This document shows positions 1 to 8,063 of a DNA stretch of 15,181 nucleotides, piece by piece. Position numbers and translations under genes: made by a program. The stretch is from a bacterium (GTDB taxonomy: Bacteria > Electryoneota > Electryoneia > Electryoneales > Electryoneaceae): positions 1-15,181 of the forward strand of contig JAZDLX010000192.1 of the NCBI GenBank assembly GCA_043801585.1, written 5' to 3'. The notes below the pieces were generated by a model. That model had not been told where the DNA came from, did not search any database, and saw only the letters and a program-made list of their open reading frames with translations. Within the stretch, counting starts at the first letter, position 1. Every line of letters begins with the position of its first letter.

Positions 1-99
1 CCCGGCTCCAACTCCTCTAACTTCCACAGGAACGGACCTTTTCAAAGCTCGTGTCACATCCGCAGATACGAAAAACCAACGGTCAAGGAGACCTGTTCG

Positions 100-1563
100 A
101 TGAAACCTTCATTCTCCTCCTTTGTCCGAGCCTCAATAGCGGTCCTGTTGGTTGCCGCTGTGTCGGCGCCTGCAGTTGCCCAGACGGGCACACTCCAGAC
201 ACAAAGCCGCTATCCTGTGATTGGTTCGGATTTTGAAAGCCCCTTTGTCGCGGTGGCCGAACGGTTGAAGCCCGCCGTGGTCTATGTCGAAGTATTGCGT
301 GAGGAGAGGGTACGGATGCCTTTCCAGGACCTCCTCCCCTTCTTCGGCCCGTGGCAGACTCCTCGCCAGGATCAGAACAAGGAGCCGGACGTGCAGAAGG
401 TGCCCGCCAGCGGATCGGGCGTGATTATCGATCCATCCGGTCTCGTGCTGACGAATAACCACGTCGTCGATAAATCGACCGACATCACCGTAACCCTGCT
501 TGACGGAAGCAAGAGGAAAGCGAAAGTGGTCGGCACCGATCCGGAGACGGATCTTGCGCTGCTGGACATCGGGAGCGTTCCTGCGGACCATGTCGCCCCT
601 CTCGGCAACAGCGACTCGCTGCAAATCGGCGAATGGGCGATCGCCATGGGCAACCCCTTCGGACTCGACTGGACGTTGACGGTGGGTGTGATTTCCGCCA
701 AGGGACGCACCAACCTGAACATCGAAGGTGGCGGTCCAACGTTCCAGGATTTCATCCAGACGGACGCCTCGATCAACTTCGGCAACTCGGGCGGTCCCCT
801 CGCCAACATCCACGGCGAGGTCATTGGTATCAACGCGGCGATCAACGCCCGCGCACAGAACATCGGTTTTGCCATCCCGATCAACCTCGCCAAGGACGTC
901 GTGAACCAGCTCAAGGAGAGCGGAACGGTACGCCGTGGCTACCTGGGGATGCTGCCGCGTGAGTTGACGGAGATCATGAAAGAGGCGTTGAACATCGACA
1001 AGGACACCGATGGTGTGTTCGTGGAATCCGTCGAGCCAAACACCTCCGCGGAAGAAGGCGGCTTGAAAGCCTCGGATGTGATTACCAAGGTCGACGGCGA
1101 CGCGGTGAGCGACGTCAACGATTTCCGTTTCCGTGTCGCCCGCCACGCACCCGGTGACAAGATGTCGCTGACAGTGCTACGCGATGGCAAGCAGAAGAAA
1201 CTGAACTTCACGCTCGGCGACCGTGCGGATCTGATCGCCGACAGCGGCCAGGGCTCTTCGGAAATCCAAGCTCCGAAATCATGGATGGGTCTCGAGGTCG
1301 CCAATTTGAACGACCCGCGTCTCGGCCGAGTGCAGTTCCAAGTCGATGAGGGAGTGGTCGTCATTGACATTGAAAACGGAAGCCCCGCCGAAGGCAAGCT
1401 TCAGCCCGGCGACGTCATCGAAGAGGTGGACAAGACTCCGGTGAAGAACCTCGGGGACTGGCGCAAGGCGGTCAGTAAACTCGCCGATGCCGACCGCGCT
1501 GTTCTGGTCAAGTTCCACCCCCAGGGCCGCCGTCAGACGAGTTTCGTCGCGCTGAAGAAATAG
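100..1563 (+). CDS. degP: DegP/HtrA (Do/DegQ family) periplasmic serine endoprotease: trypsin-like domain plus two PDZ domains, 487 aa
   Basis: Signal peptide ending AVA-Q. Catalytic motifs TNNHVV (His), ETDLALL (Asp) and IQTDASINFGNSGGPL (Ser). PDZ1 starts RGYLGM and PDZ2 starts SWMGLEV. SD AAGGAG just upstream of the ATG. Confidence 0.95.
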   Translation: MKPSFSSFVRASIAVLLVAAVSAPAVAQTGTLQTQSRYPVIGSDFESPFVAVAERLKPAVVYVEVLREERVRMPFQDLLPFFGPWQTPRQDQNKEPDVQKVPASGSGVIIDPSGLVLTNNHVVDKSTDITVTLLDGSKRKAKVVGTDPETDLALLDIGSVPADHVAPLGNSDSLQIGEWAIAMGNPFGLDWTLTVGVISAKGRTNLNIEGGGPTFQDFIQTDASINFGNSGGPLANIHGEVIGINAAINARAQNIGFAIPINLAKDVVNQLKESGTVRRGYLGMLPRELTEIMKEALNIDKDTDGVFVESVEPNTSAEEGGLKASDVITKVDGDAVSDVNDFRFRVARHAPGDKMSLTVLRDGKQKKLNFTLGDRADLIADSGQGSSEIQAPKSWMGLEVANLNDPRLGRVQFQVDEGVVVIDIENGSPAEGKLQPGDVIEEVDKTPVKNLGDWRKAVSKLADADRAVLVKFHPQGRRQTSFVALKK

Positions 1564-1588
1564 CTTTGCCTCTTCCTTCCGCTTCCAT

Positions 1589-1726
1589 CGTTCCATCAGG
1601 CCTGTGGACCTGACGGAACAGGGAAGGCGTGGTGAACATAGAGAGCGGGACACCTTGCGGATGTCCCGCTCTTGTCTTTTCGCATCAAACGATTCCGTCA
1701 GGTCTGAGGATCTGGCGGAACAGGGA
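1589..1726. repeat. Two direct copies of a ~35-bp imperfect palindromic REP-like element (1589-1624 and 1690-1726)
   Basis: TTCCATCAGGCCTGTGGACCTGACGGAACAGGGA vs TTCCGTCAGGTCTGAGGATCTGGCGGAACAGGGA: 29/34 identical, and each copy folds into a hairpin. Confidence 0.7.
1642..1680 (+). terminator. Intrinsic terminator after degP, between convergent genes
   Basis: Perfect 11-bp stem AGAGCGGGACA (1642-1652) / TGTCCCGCTCT (1662-1672), followed by TGTCTTTT. Confidence 0.75.
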
Positions 1727-2650
1727 TCACTTCGCCAATCTCAGTTTGATCGTTTCGCTGCTCTCCGAGAGCTGGCGTTTTCCACCCTGGGGCAGCTGTC
1801 CTCCTCCCCTCCCTCCCGGGGGAGGACCGCTCATACCACCATTACCCATGTCTCCATCACCCATGCCACCGCCTCCCTTACCGCCGCCCGGACGTCCCCC
1901 CATCATACCGCCGGGTCCCTTCTGCATCCTTCGGCTGGGGATCTGCACAAAGGAGAGGGACGCTTTGACTTTCATGCCCGGCATGGCGTCCAGGGCAAAC
2001 CGTGATGTCTGACCGAATTCGTCGAAACCATTCCACTCCCCGAGGAGGATCGAGATCTCCTGAACGATGACATCCTTCCTGATTCCGGTAGCCCACATCA
2101 AACCGAGGGACCCGTCCGCCGGGATGTCGGTGCGGAGGTCATCGCTTCCGTACCGAATCATCGCCTTGGACTGGACTCCGGTGCGTACCGTCATTTCGAG
2201 GCGGTCATCACGGTCCATTCCCCGCTCGTCCATCGGCATCTCCATCGGATCCTCAGGTTCATCGGCATCCATCATCGGATCCATCCTGTTTCCTCTTTCC
2301 CCCATCGGACCGCTCGACAGAAGAACGCCAAACCGTGAGGCCTTGCCTCCCTTCGGTTCAAACCACAACGTGACCGGCAACATCAGGCGGCTGGTGGAGA
2401 TTCTTCGCTGCACCAGGCAAAAGAGAACGGAATCGGAGTTGACAAAGGCGATGGAAACACCCGCATCCTCGAAGAAGTAACGTGGATACGTGTCCCAGTC
2501 CGAGGCGTCGCCGTCCACCTGAATCGGCGACTGCAACCGGGCGACGTTCAGCGTGTCGCGGCACCCCAGTTGAACCAGTGCGAGCAGAACAATTCCGACT
2601 TCGAGTGCCAGGGCTCTCTGCCTGTACCAAGTGCGTTTGTACGTGTTCAT
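1727..2650 (-). CDS. Putative lipoprotein with an N-terminal DOMON/CBM9-like start (IQVDGDASDW) and Met/Asp-rich and Gly/Met-rich low-complexity loops, 307 aa
   Basis: Basic N-terminus, hydrophobic stretch and lipobox-like VQLG-C. It lies 28 bp downstream of the OMP gene on the same strand, so it is the last gene of the operon. Confidence 0.75.
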   Translation of the reverse strand: MNTYKRTWYRQRALALEVGIVLLALVQLGCRDTLNVARLQSPIQVDGDASDWDTYPRYFFEDAGVSIAFVNSDSVLFCLVQRRISTSRLMLPVTLWFEPKGGKASRFGVLLSSGPMGERGNRMDPMMDADEPEDPMEMPMDERGMDRDDRLEMTVRTGVQSKAMIRYGSDDLRTDIPADGSLGLMWATGIRKDVIVQEISILLGEWNGFDEFGQTSRFALDAMPGMKVKASLSFVQIPSRRMQKGPGGMMGGRPGGGKGGGGMGDGDMGNGGMSGPPPGGRGGGQLPQGGKRQLSESSETIKLRLAK

Positions 2651-2678
2651 GATACCCGTCCTTCGATCGGCGCCAGCG

Positions 2679-3734
2679 TTACAGTGAAATCAGGGAGAGG
2701 GAAACGGTGGCGGAGAAGCCACTCCAGGTGAAGTAACTGACCGTTGAAGCGTTATCTGTCCATGAAACCGAGAATCCGACCGCAACGGCAGGTGCCTCCG
2801 GAGGTGTATTCAGGGTTCGGCGTAGGGCGACCATCAAGCGGCGGGTTGTATCGTCTCGCGCTTCCCGGTCCGTGAGCGCCTGAATCTCAACATAGCGAGC
2901 CACGCCAACCTGTCCACCGAGCGTGAATCGCCAGGGACCGGCAATACGGTTGACTTCGCCGCCGACCCGCCAACCGTCCCAGAGCAGGTTACCCGGATCG
3001 ACGCCACCCTCGTACAATGCAACCAAACCTTTACTGCCGACGGAAAGTTGGCTCCTCATCATCAGGGTCAACGCACCTCCCGTCCCCTGCCCCAGCCTGC
3101 CGGAGAGACGGAGTGTCGTCCAGGAAAAGGTGGTGGAGGTTGCAGTATTCAGATCGCTGTAGGAACGGCGCTGCAATCCGGTTTCCAGGTCAGCGGCGAG
3201 ATTTATGGTTGTCGCGATGTTCACTCCGCCATAGACCTGCAGATCGTTGTAGTCCACCGCCAGGGTGTCGGCATTGGGATAGTGGGTGGCATTCCATGAA
3301 CCCGTGGCACGCAGGCGCAGCCTATTCGACAGATACCAGTTGATCCCCGTTTCAGCGCCGTATCCCCGCCGATTGTACAGGTTGTAAGCATCGCCGTATC
3401 CGAGAGTGAAACCCTGCACCGCTCCCCAGGCTTCCCCACGGCTCCCGACGAATCCTCCCACCTCCAGTCCAGCAAGGTGCTGGATGTTGCTGAGGTCGCC
3501 GTAATCGTTGTAGGTCTGACCATATCCGTCGTAGGTGACGAGCAGGTTGGGAGACAGGATTTGTTCGAGGCTCAGCGACAGGCTGCCATAGCGATCTTCG
3601 ATGTCCAGGCTGTCATTAAACAGATTCGATGTCGAACCGGCATCCACCCCCACACTCCAACCCAGTGGGGTGAATGCGAGGGATGGCGAAACCGAGATCA
3701 GGACTAGGAAGATGGGGAGGAATGGCTTTTTCAT
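2679..3734 (-). CDS. Putative outer-membrane beta-barrel protein, 351 aa
   Basis: Signal peptide MKKPFLPIFLVLISVSPSLA. Many amphipathic alternating strands rich in G/Y/W (e.g. YGSLSLSLEQ, YGAETGINWY, WRFTLGGQVG, FSATVSLSL). SD GAGAGG; 12 bp after the upstream stop. Confidence 0.75.
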   Translation of the reverse strand: MKKPFLPIFLVLISVSPSLAFTPLGWSVGVDAGSTSNLFNDSLDIEDRYGSLSLSLEQILSPNLLVTYDGYGQTYNDYGDLSNIQHLAGLEVGGFVGSRGEAWGAVQGFTLGYGDAYNLYNRRGYGAETGINWYLSNRLRLRATGSWNATHYPNADTLAVDYNDLQVYGGVNIATTINLAADLETGLQRRSYSDLNTATSTTFSWTTLRLSGRLGQGTGGALTLMMRSQLSVGSKGLVALYEGGVDPGNLLWDGWRVGGEVNRIAGPWRFTLGGQVGVARYVEIQALTDREARDDTTRRLMVALRRTLNTPPEAPAVAVGFSVSWTDNASTVSYFTWSGFSATVSLSLISL

Positions 3735-3746
3735 GGTCTTCCTCTC

Positions 3747-4361
3747 TCACATCGCCCCATAGTGGCGCCTGGGGTCGCCTCTGGGTTGGCCCGGTCTGAT
3801 TCCTGGCTCATTCGGATCCATCCTGTGTTTACGCTCCCTCCACTCGGGACCTCCCATGTCCAGCCAGCGTCTCCAGCTGTGCCAGGCCATCTCCCACCCC
3901 TCGGGGCGACGTGATTCAATCCACCAGTTTCTGAACGCCTTCTGATTGTTCTTGACGCTGTCCGGCAGGGAATAAAACCAGGCGTTCTGCCAGCGATGCC
4001 AGGCACGATCCGGCAGAACCTGGGTGTTGAACTGGGACCACCATTCGACGAAGGCGGTACTGTCGTGCTTCGCAGTTTCAGGCATCAGCAGCAACCATTT
4101 CATCCGCCAACGCGCTTGGGGGCCACGGAACATCGGATCGAGAGCATCGGGCAACCCGTCACGGTTCCAATCCGGCGCAAGGTCATTGATCCCGTCACCG
4201 TTCAAATCGACGAACGGATGGGAGGGTGGTGGCCCACCCGGGGGTCTGTCTTGCCACCTCCCCATCGAATCAGGAGGCGGAGGGGGTGGCTGCGCTGCAG
4301 CCGTTCCGGCGACCACGACCAGGATGATCGCGGATATCGTCAAGTGCATTCTTCCTATCAT
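3747..4361 (-). CDS. Secreted hypothetical protein with tandem Dx[DN]xDG (TSP3/EF-hand-like) Ca2+-loop motif and two 39-aa Trp-rich repeats, 204 aa
   Basis: Signal peptide ending AAA-Q, polyproline linker, motif FVDLNGDGINDLAPDWNRDGLPDALD. SD GAGGTGA at 4368-4374 (minus strand). Directly downstream of a sigma54 promoter. Confidence 0.85.
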   Translation of the reverse strand: MIGRMHLTISAIILVVVAGTAAAQPPPPPPDSMGRWQDRPPGGPPPSHPFVDLNGDGINDLAPDWNRDGLPDALDPMFRGPQARWRMKWLLLMPETAKHDSTAFVEWWSQFNTQVLPDRAWHRWQNAWFYSLPDSVKNNQKAFRNWWIESRRPEGWEMAWHSWRRWLDMGGPEWRERKHRMDPNEPGIRPGQPRGDPRRHYGAM

Positions 4362-4392
4362 CTTTCATCACCTCTGCTTCTGTCCGCTGAAG

Positions 4393-4408
4393 TGCAACGG
4401 GTGTGCCA
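4393..4408 (-). promoter_or_regulatory. Sigma54 (RpoN) -24/-12 promoter for the 4361-1727 operon
   Basis: Minus strand reads TGGCAC-ACCCG-TTGCA, an exact match to TGGCAC-N5-TTGCA with GG-N10-GC spacing, 31 bp from the start codon. Confidence 0.9.
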
Positions 4409-4524
4409 CTCCGCACTCTTCTCAAGCTCTCGGACAACCCGTCTTTAATACACTGTATTTCTTGGTATTACGATCACCAGTTCGAGAACACCTGACAAAT
4501 ATCCCTTATCATCGAGACCCGTCC

Positions 4525-4560
4525 TCGTCCACCGCGACGACAATTCGGCATTCTTGCCGA
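4525..4560. promoter_or_regulatory. Putative enhancer (UAS) for the NtrC-family activator: tandem 16-bp palindromes
   Basis: TCGTCCACCGCGACGA (4525-4540) and TCGGCATTCTTGCCGA (4545-4560), 20 bp apart. The second nearly matches the site at 8066-8081. Confidence 0.7.
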
Positions 4561-4567
4561 AGAAAGC

Positions 4568-4699
4568 CGTGAAAAAGAGTGACAATTACTCTTTTTCAAT
4601 TCGCCCGGAGGGTACACTTCGATTCTTACATCTCCCGCATCGGTCGAGTCACTCAGCCTTCAGACCCATAAAAAGAGTAACTGCCACTCCTTTTTCACG
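4568..4699. repeat. REPIN-like doublet: two palindromic units in inverted orientation (4568-4597 and 4670-4699)
   Basis: CGTGAAAAAGAGTGACAATTACTCTTTTT vs the reverse complement of the second unit, CGTGAAAAAGGAGTGGCAGTTACTCTTTTT (2 mismatches, 1 indel). Each unit is itself a hairpin flanked by A and T runs. Confidence 0.7.
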
Positions 4700-4766
4700 C
4701 GATCGGGACATGCGTTAAGAGCCCGGTCGAACAGTGAACGGCCGCCTGTTTGACCAGGGTGCTTGC

Positions 4767-4848
4767 AGGAAAATGTACCAGGTGCCTTTTCACATGCGAG
4801 GTCAAGCAATGATTCTGATCGGGATAAATGTACCTGGTACATTTTCCT
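4767..4848. repeat. Second REPIN-like doublet: 17-bp perfect inverted repeat (4767-4783 and 4832-4848)
   Basis: AGGAAAATGTACCAGGT / ACCTGGTACATTTTCCT. The right unit is itself the palindrome AAATGTACC-T-GGTACATTT (4826-4844) and abuts the regulator's stop codon. Confidence 0.75.
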
Positions 4849-6236
4849 CACTGGTTTTTCTCGTCCGCCTCCTCCCACCGTTTGAGACGGTACCGTATCG
4901 CCTTTTCCGAAACTCCCAACCGTCGGGCCGCCTCGCTCTGGTTACCCCCTGCTTCCTCCAAAATCCGGTTGATGATACTCCGTTCAAAGGCTTCAACACG
5001 GTCGGGCAGGCTGAGGGAATCATCGTCTTGAAAACCACCGGCTCCCCCGGAACCGTTGCCACCGCGCACATGATTCGGCAGATCGCGCACGCCGATGGTT
5101 TCGCTCCGGGCCATCACGACCGCGCTTTCCATGGCGTTTTCAAGTTCGCGGACATTCCCCGGCCAGGCATATTTCATCACTGCGTCGAGGGCGTCCCGGT
5201 CCAGTCCCTTCACCAACTTTCCGTTGACAGTGCTGAACCGGTTTACGAAATGATCCACAAGCGGCGGGATATCCGCTTTCCTCTGGCGCAACGGAGGGAT
5301 TTCAATACGAACGACATTGAGCCGGTAGAAGAGATCTTCGCGGAATTTCTTCTCCCGGATCAGTTCGTCGAGTTTCTGGTGAGTCGCTGCGACGATTCGC
5401 ACATCGACCTCGATGCTGCCGGTTCCACCGACACGCTCGATGGTTCCCTCCTGCAGCACCCGCAACAGTTTGACCTGTCCATGGGGCGGCATGTCGCCAA
5501 TCTCATCGATGAAGAGCGTGCCACCGGAAGCCCGCTCGAACAGGCCAACGTGCCGCTCTGATGCTCCCGTAAACGATCCCTTCTCATGTCCGAAGAGTTC
5601 GGATTCCAGGAGGGTTTCGGGGATTGCCGCGATGTTGACGGCAACGAAGGGCTTTTTCGCCCGCGGACTTCCAAGGTGGATGGCGCGGGCAACCTGTTCC
5701 TTTCCCGTTCCCGATTCACCAAGAATCATCACCGACGCCCTCGATGGAGCGGCCCGTGCAACCAGCCCGAGGACTTCGCGCATCTCCTCGGAAGCGGCGA
5801 TAAGCCCTGTCGCCGTTCCATCGCTCTCGCCCATCCGCGCACGGAGCTCACGATTCTCCTCGGCGAGCAGTTTGCGTTCCAGGGCACGCTCGACATGGAG
5901 CTCAAGGGCGTTAAGGTCGACCGGTTTCTGGACGAAGGTGTACGCTCCAGCGGCCATTGCTTCCACCGCCGTTTCAACGGTTCCGTACGCTGTCATGACG
6001 ATGACCTGAACTTCCGGATTCGCCTCATTCACTTTCTGGAGCAGCTCGATGCCCGTGAGCCCCGGCATCCGCAGGTCGGTCAGCACCAGGTCGAGCGCTT
6101 CCCTTTGAACGATTTTCAGCGCGTCGTCGCCACTGGCTGCATCCAGGGTCTCGTATCCCTTCTTGCGCAGGAATCCCGCGAGGGTCGAACGTTGGGAAGC
6201 CTCATCGTCCGCGATCAGAATACGGTATGCGCTCAT
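4848..6236 (-). CDS. Sigma54-dependent response regulator (NtrC/AtoC/ZraR family: REC + AAA+ + Fis-type HTH), 462 aa
   Basis: Receiver ILIADDE...LTDLRMPG...TAYG...KP; Walker A GESGTGKE; ESELFGHEKGSFTGA; Walker B LFIDEI; FREDLFYRLNV; WPGNVRELEN; HTH GNQSEAARRLGVSEKAIRYRLK. ATGA overlap with the kinase stop. Confidence 0.97.
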   Translation of the reverse strand: MSAYRILIADDEASQRSTLAGFLRKKGYETLDAASGDDALKIVQREALDLVLTDLRMPGLTGIELLQKVNEANPEVQVIVMTAYGTVETAVEAMAAGAYTFVQKPVDLNALELHVERALERKLLAEENRELRARMGESDGTATGLIAASEEMREVLGLVARAAPSRASVMILGESGTGKEQVARAIHLGSPRAKKPFVAVNIAAIPETLLESELFGHEKGSFTGASERHVGLFERASGGTLFIDEIGDMPPHGQVKLLRVLQEGTIERVGGTGSIEVDVRIVAATHQKLDELIREKKFREDLFYRLNVVRIEIPPLRQRKADIPPLVDHFVNRFSTVNGKLVKGLDRDALDAVMKYAWPGNVRELENAMESAVVMARSETIGVRDLPNHVRGGNGSGGAGGFQDDDSLSLPDRVEAFERSIINRILEEAGGNQSEAARRLGVSEKAIRYRLKRWEEADEKNQ

Positions 6237-7942
6237 GTCCTCTCCCGTTTCAGCACCAGACGGAAGGTTGCTCCACCTCCCGGCGTATCATCGACTTCAA
6301 CACGACCGCCGTGCTCCTCGGCTGTTCGTTGCACAACCGCCAGTCCGACTCCGGTGCCGTCGGCCTTGGTCGTGTAATACAGGTGGAAGATCCGTGTCCA
6401 TTCTTCCTTGGGAACACCCGGACCGTTATCCGCAACTTCGATGACAACCCGATCGTCATTCGCATGCGCGCTCAACCGGATCCATCCCTTTTCACCGCTG
6501 ACGAAATCCAAAGCATTCTTCAGGAGGTTCAACACCGCAGCGCGAATGTGCTCCGCATCGAATGCGAAAGGTGTGATGGGATCGATTGAGTGTTCAAACC
6601 GCACGTTTCCTGCCGCGGCGCTCGAAGCAAACATCGCCACAACAGAGTCGAGGGTCTGGGTCAGGTTGCCCTCTCGCAGTTCGGCACGGGGCGGACGGGC
6701 AAGAGCGAGGAAGTTCTCTACAATTCTCTCGATACGCCTCCCCTCTTCACGCATCGCACGAAGCAGGGAGCGATACTCTTCCACATCCGTTGAAGGCTCA
6801 AATTCCGACTCCAACCGCTGTGCGACCATTCCGATCGTGTTTAACGGATTGCGGATTTCATGGGCGACTCCGCCGGCGAGTTTGCCCATCGCCTCAAGCC
6901 GTTCAGACACCGACCGTGACGCCTCCAGCCGTTCCACCTCCCGGCGAATACGTTCCGTCTCGAGGGTCAGGGCGTGATGATGCTCACGTGTCACGAACCA
7001 GACGAGAATGAGCCCCGCGAGAACAATGAAGAGAACGGTACGCAGCACCAACCCGAAAAGGCTGCGGGATTGGATCATTTGCAGGGGACCTGTATTGATG
7101 CCGAGCCGGAGAACGACACCCGGATAGTTTTCCAGGGGAATCGCCGCCTCGAATTTCAGGTTGCGTGTGGAGCCGACAAAGCTGGCGGTAAAACCGCCGG
7201 TCGTATCCGCGGCCATCTGGAACGGATCCTCTTCGGTGCCGAACCAGTTCGGCAGCGGAGACGTTCCCGCGAGAATCGCGTCTCCCGAAACAATCACCGC
7301 ATAATCCACGAATGGATACCGCTGCAGGTACTCCAGAATGGCTGGCAGACCCGCCTGACGCCGCCAGTCGAGCAGCGTGGTGGCATCGCCGTCGACAATC
7401 AACGCACCATCCTGGAGAGAGACGAGGACACCGATCAGTGATTCGCTGCTGTCCTTGCTGGTGAATACACCGAGGTCAAGGACGCCATCGTCATCGAACA
7501 GAAGATCCTCCATCCATTCCGCACGCAGGCTGTCGCTCACATCGGGAGCATCAGGGGTGCCGCCGATCCTTTTCCCGGCAGGATCCAACAGCTCGAAGTG
7601 CCTGACGCCACCCTCCTTCGCCAATCCGACCCATTGCAGGGGGGTGAGACGAGAGAGAATCGAGCTTCGGGCAATGAGATCCGCCACAGAAACGAGGTGA
7701 TCACGTTGCAGTTGGCGAACAATCCGGTCACCATTGGTCACCAGTTCGATCTGATTTTGCAACCGCTGCGCCAGATCCTGCGCCTGGCGAACCGTCAGGT
7801 CGTGGGTGGTTCTCTGGACCCGGCGCCAATCGAAAACCGCCGCAACGGCGCTCGCGAGGACGAGCAAAGTCAGCAACCCGATCAGAATTCTGCGGGAGAA
7901 CCCCTCTTTCCTGTTCAAGCCGTTGGTGCTTTTACCGTTCAT
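6233..7942 (-). CDS. Membrane sensor histidine kinase (NtrB/ZraS-like; 2 TM segments, ~250-aa periplasmic domain, HisKA, HATPase)
   Basis: H-box GVAHEIRNPL, N-box LNLLKNA, G1 ADNGPGV, F-box-like RIFHLYYTTK, G2 GTGVGLAV. Start placed at ATG 7942 because of SD-like AGGGTG; in-frame ATGs at 7975 and 7996 are alternatives. Confidence 0.95.
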   Translation of the reverse strand: MNGKSTNGLNRKEGFSRRILIGLLTLLVLASAVAAVFDWRRVQRTTHDLTVRQAQDLAQRLQNQIELVTNGDRIVRQLQRDHLVSVADLIARSSILSRLTPLQWVGLAKEGGVRHFELLDPAGKRIGGTPDAPDVSDSLRAEWMEDLLFDDDGVLDLGVFTSKDSSESLIGVLVSLQDGALIVDGDATTLLDWRRQAGLPAILEYLQRYPFVDYAVIVSGDAILAGTSPLPNWFGTEEDPFQMAADTTGGFTASFVGSTRNLKFEAAIPLENYPGVVLRLGINTGPLQMIQSRSLFGLVLRTVLFIVLAGLILVWFVTREHHHALTLETERIRREVERLEASRSVSERLEAMGKLAGGVAHEIRNPLNTIGMVAQRLESEFEPSTDVEEYRSLLRAMREEGRRIERIVENFLALARPPRAELREGNLTQTLDSVVAMFASSAAAGNVRFEHSIDPITPFAFDAEHIRAAVLNLLKNALDFVSGEKGWIRLSAHANDDRVVIEVADNGPGVPKEEWTRIFHLYYTTKADGTGVGLAVVQRTAEEHGGRVEVDDTPGGGATFRLVLKRERT

Positions 7943-8063
7943 CCTCACCCTGATCTCTTCGTTGGTGAATACCATGCCATTTTCATGCCGCAACATTCAC
8001 ACGAGAAGGATATAGCGCAAGATACAAAAACCAATGGCTTACCAATCACGAGATTTGGACACA

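Noticed and set aside
29..57. Possible ECF/sigmaE-type promoter GGAAC...GTCAC upstream of degP
   Set aside because: Biologically plausible, but the spacing is one base off the E. coli sigmaE consensus and the match is short, so it cannot be supported.
133..1146. 337-aa minus-strand ORF and other long alternative-frame ORFs (e.g. 4734-5561, 5586-6377, 9841-10512)
   Set aside because: Shadow ORFs overlapping well-supported genes, as expected in GC-rich DNA, with no recognisable motifs.
4568..4848. Palindromic repeats considered as a CRISPR array or IS ends
   Set aside because: Only two units per family, in inverted orientation, with no regular spacers and no cas or transposase gene nearby.
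5560..5600. GSFTGA instead of GAFTGA in the activator
   Set aside because: A common natural variant among sigma54 activators; the key F and T residues are intact.
4848..7942. Naming the two-component system zraSR or atoSC
   Set aside because: Only family-level similarity. The periplasmic domain and the target genes do not correspond to the enterobacterial systems.
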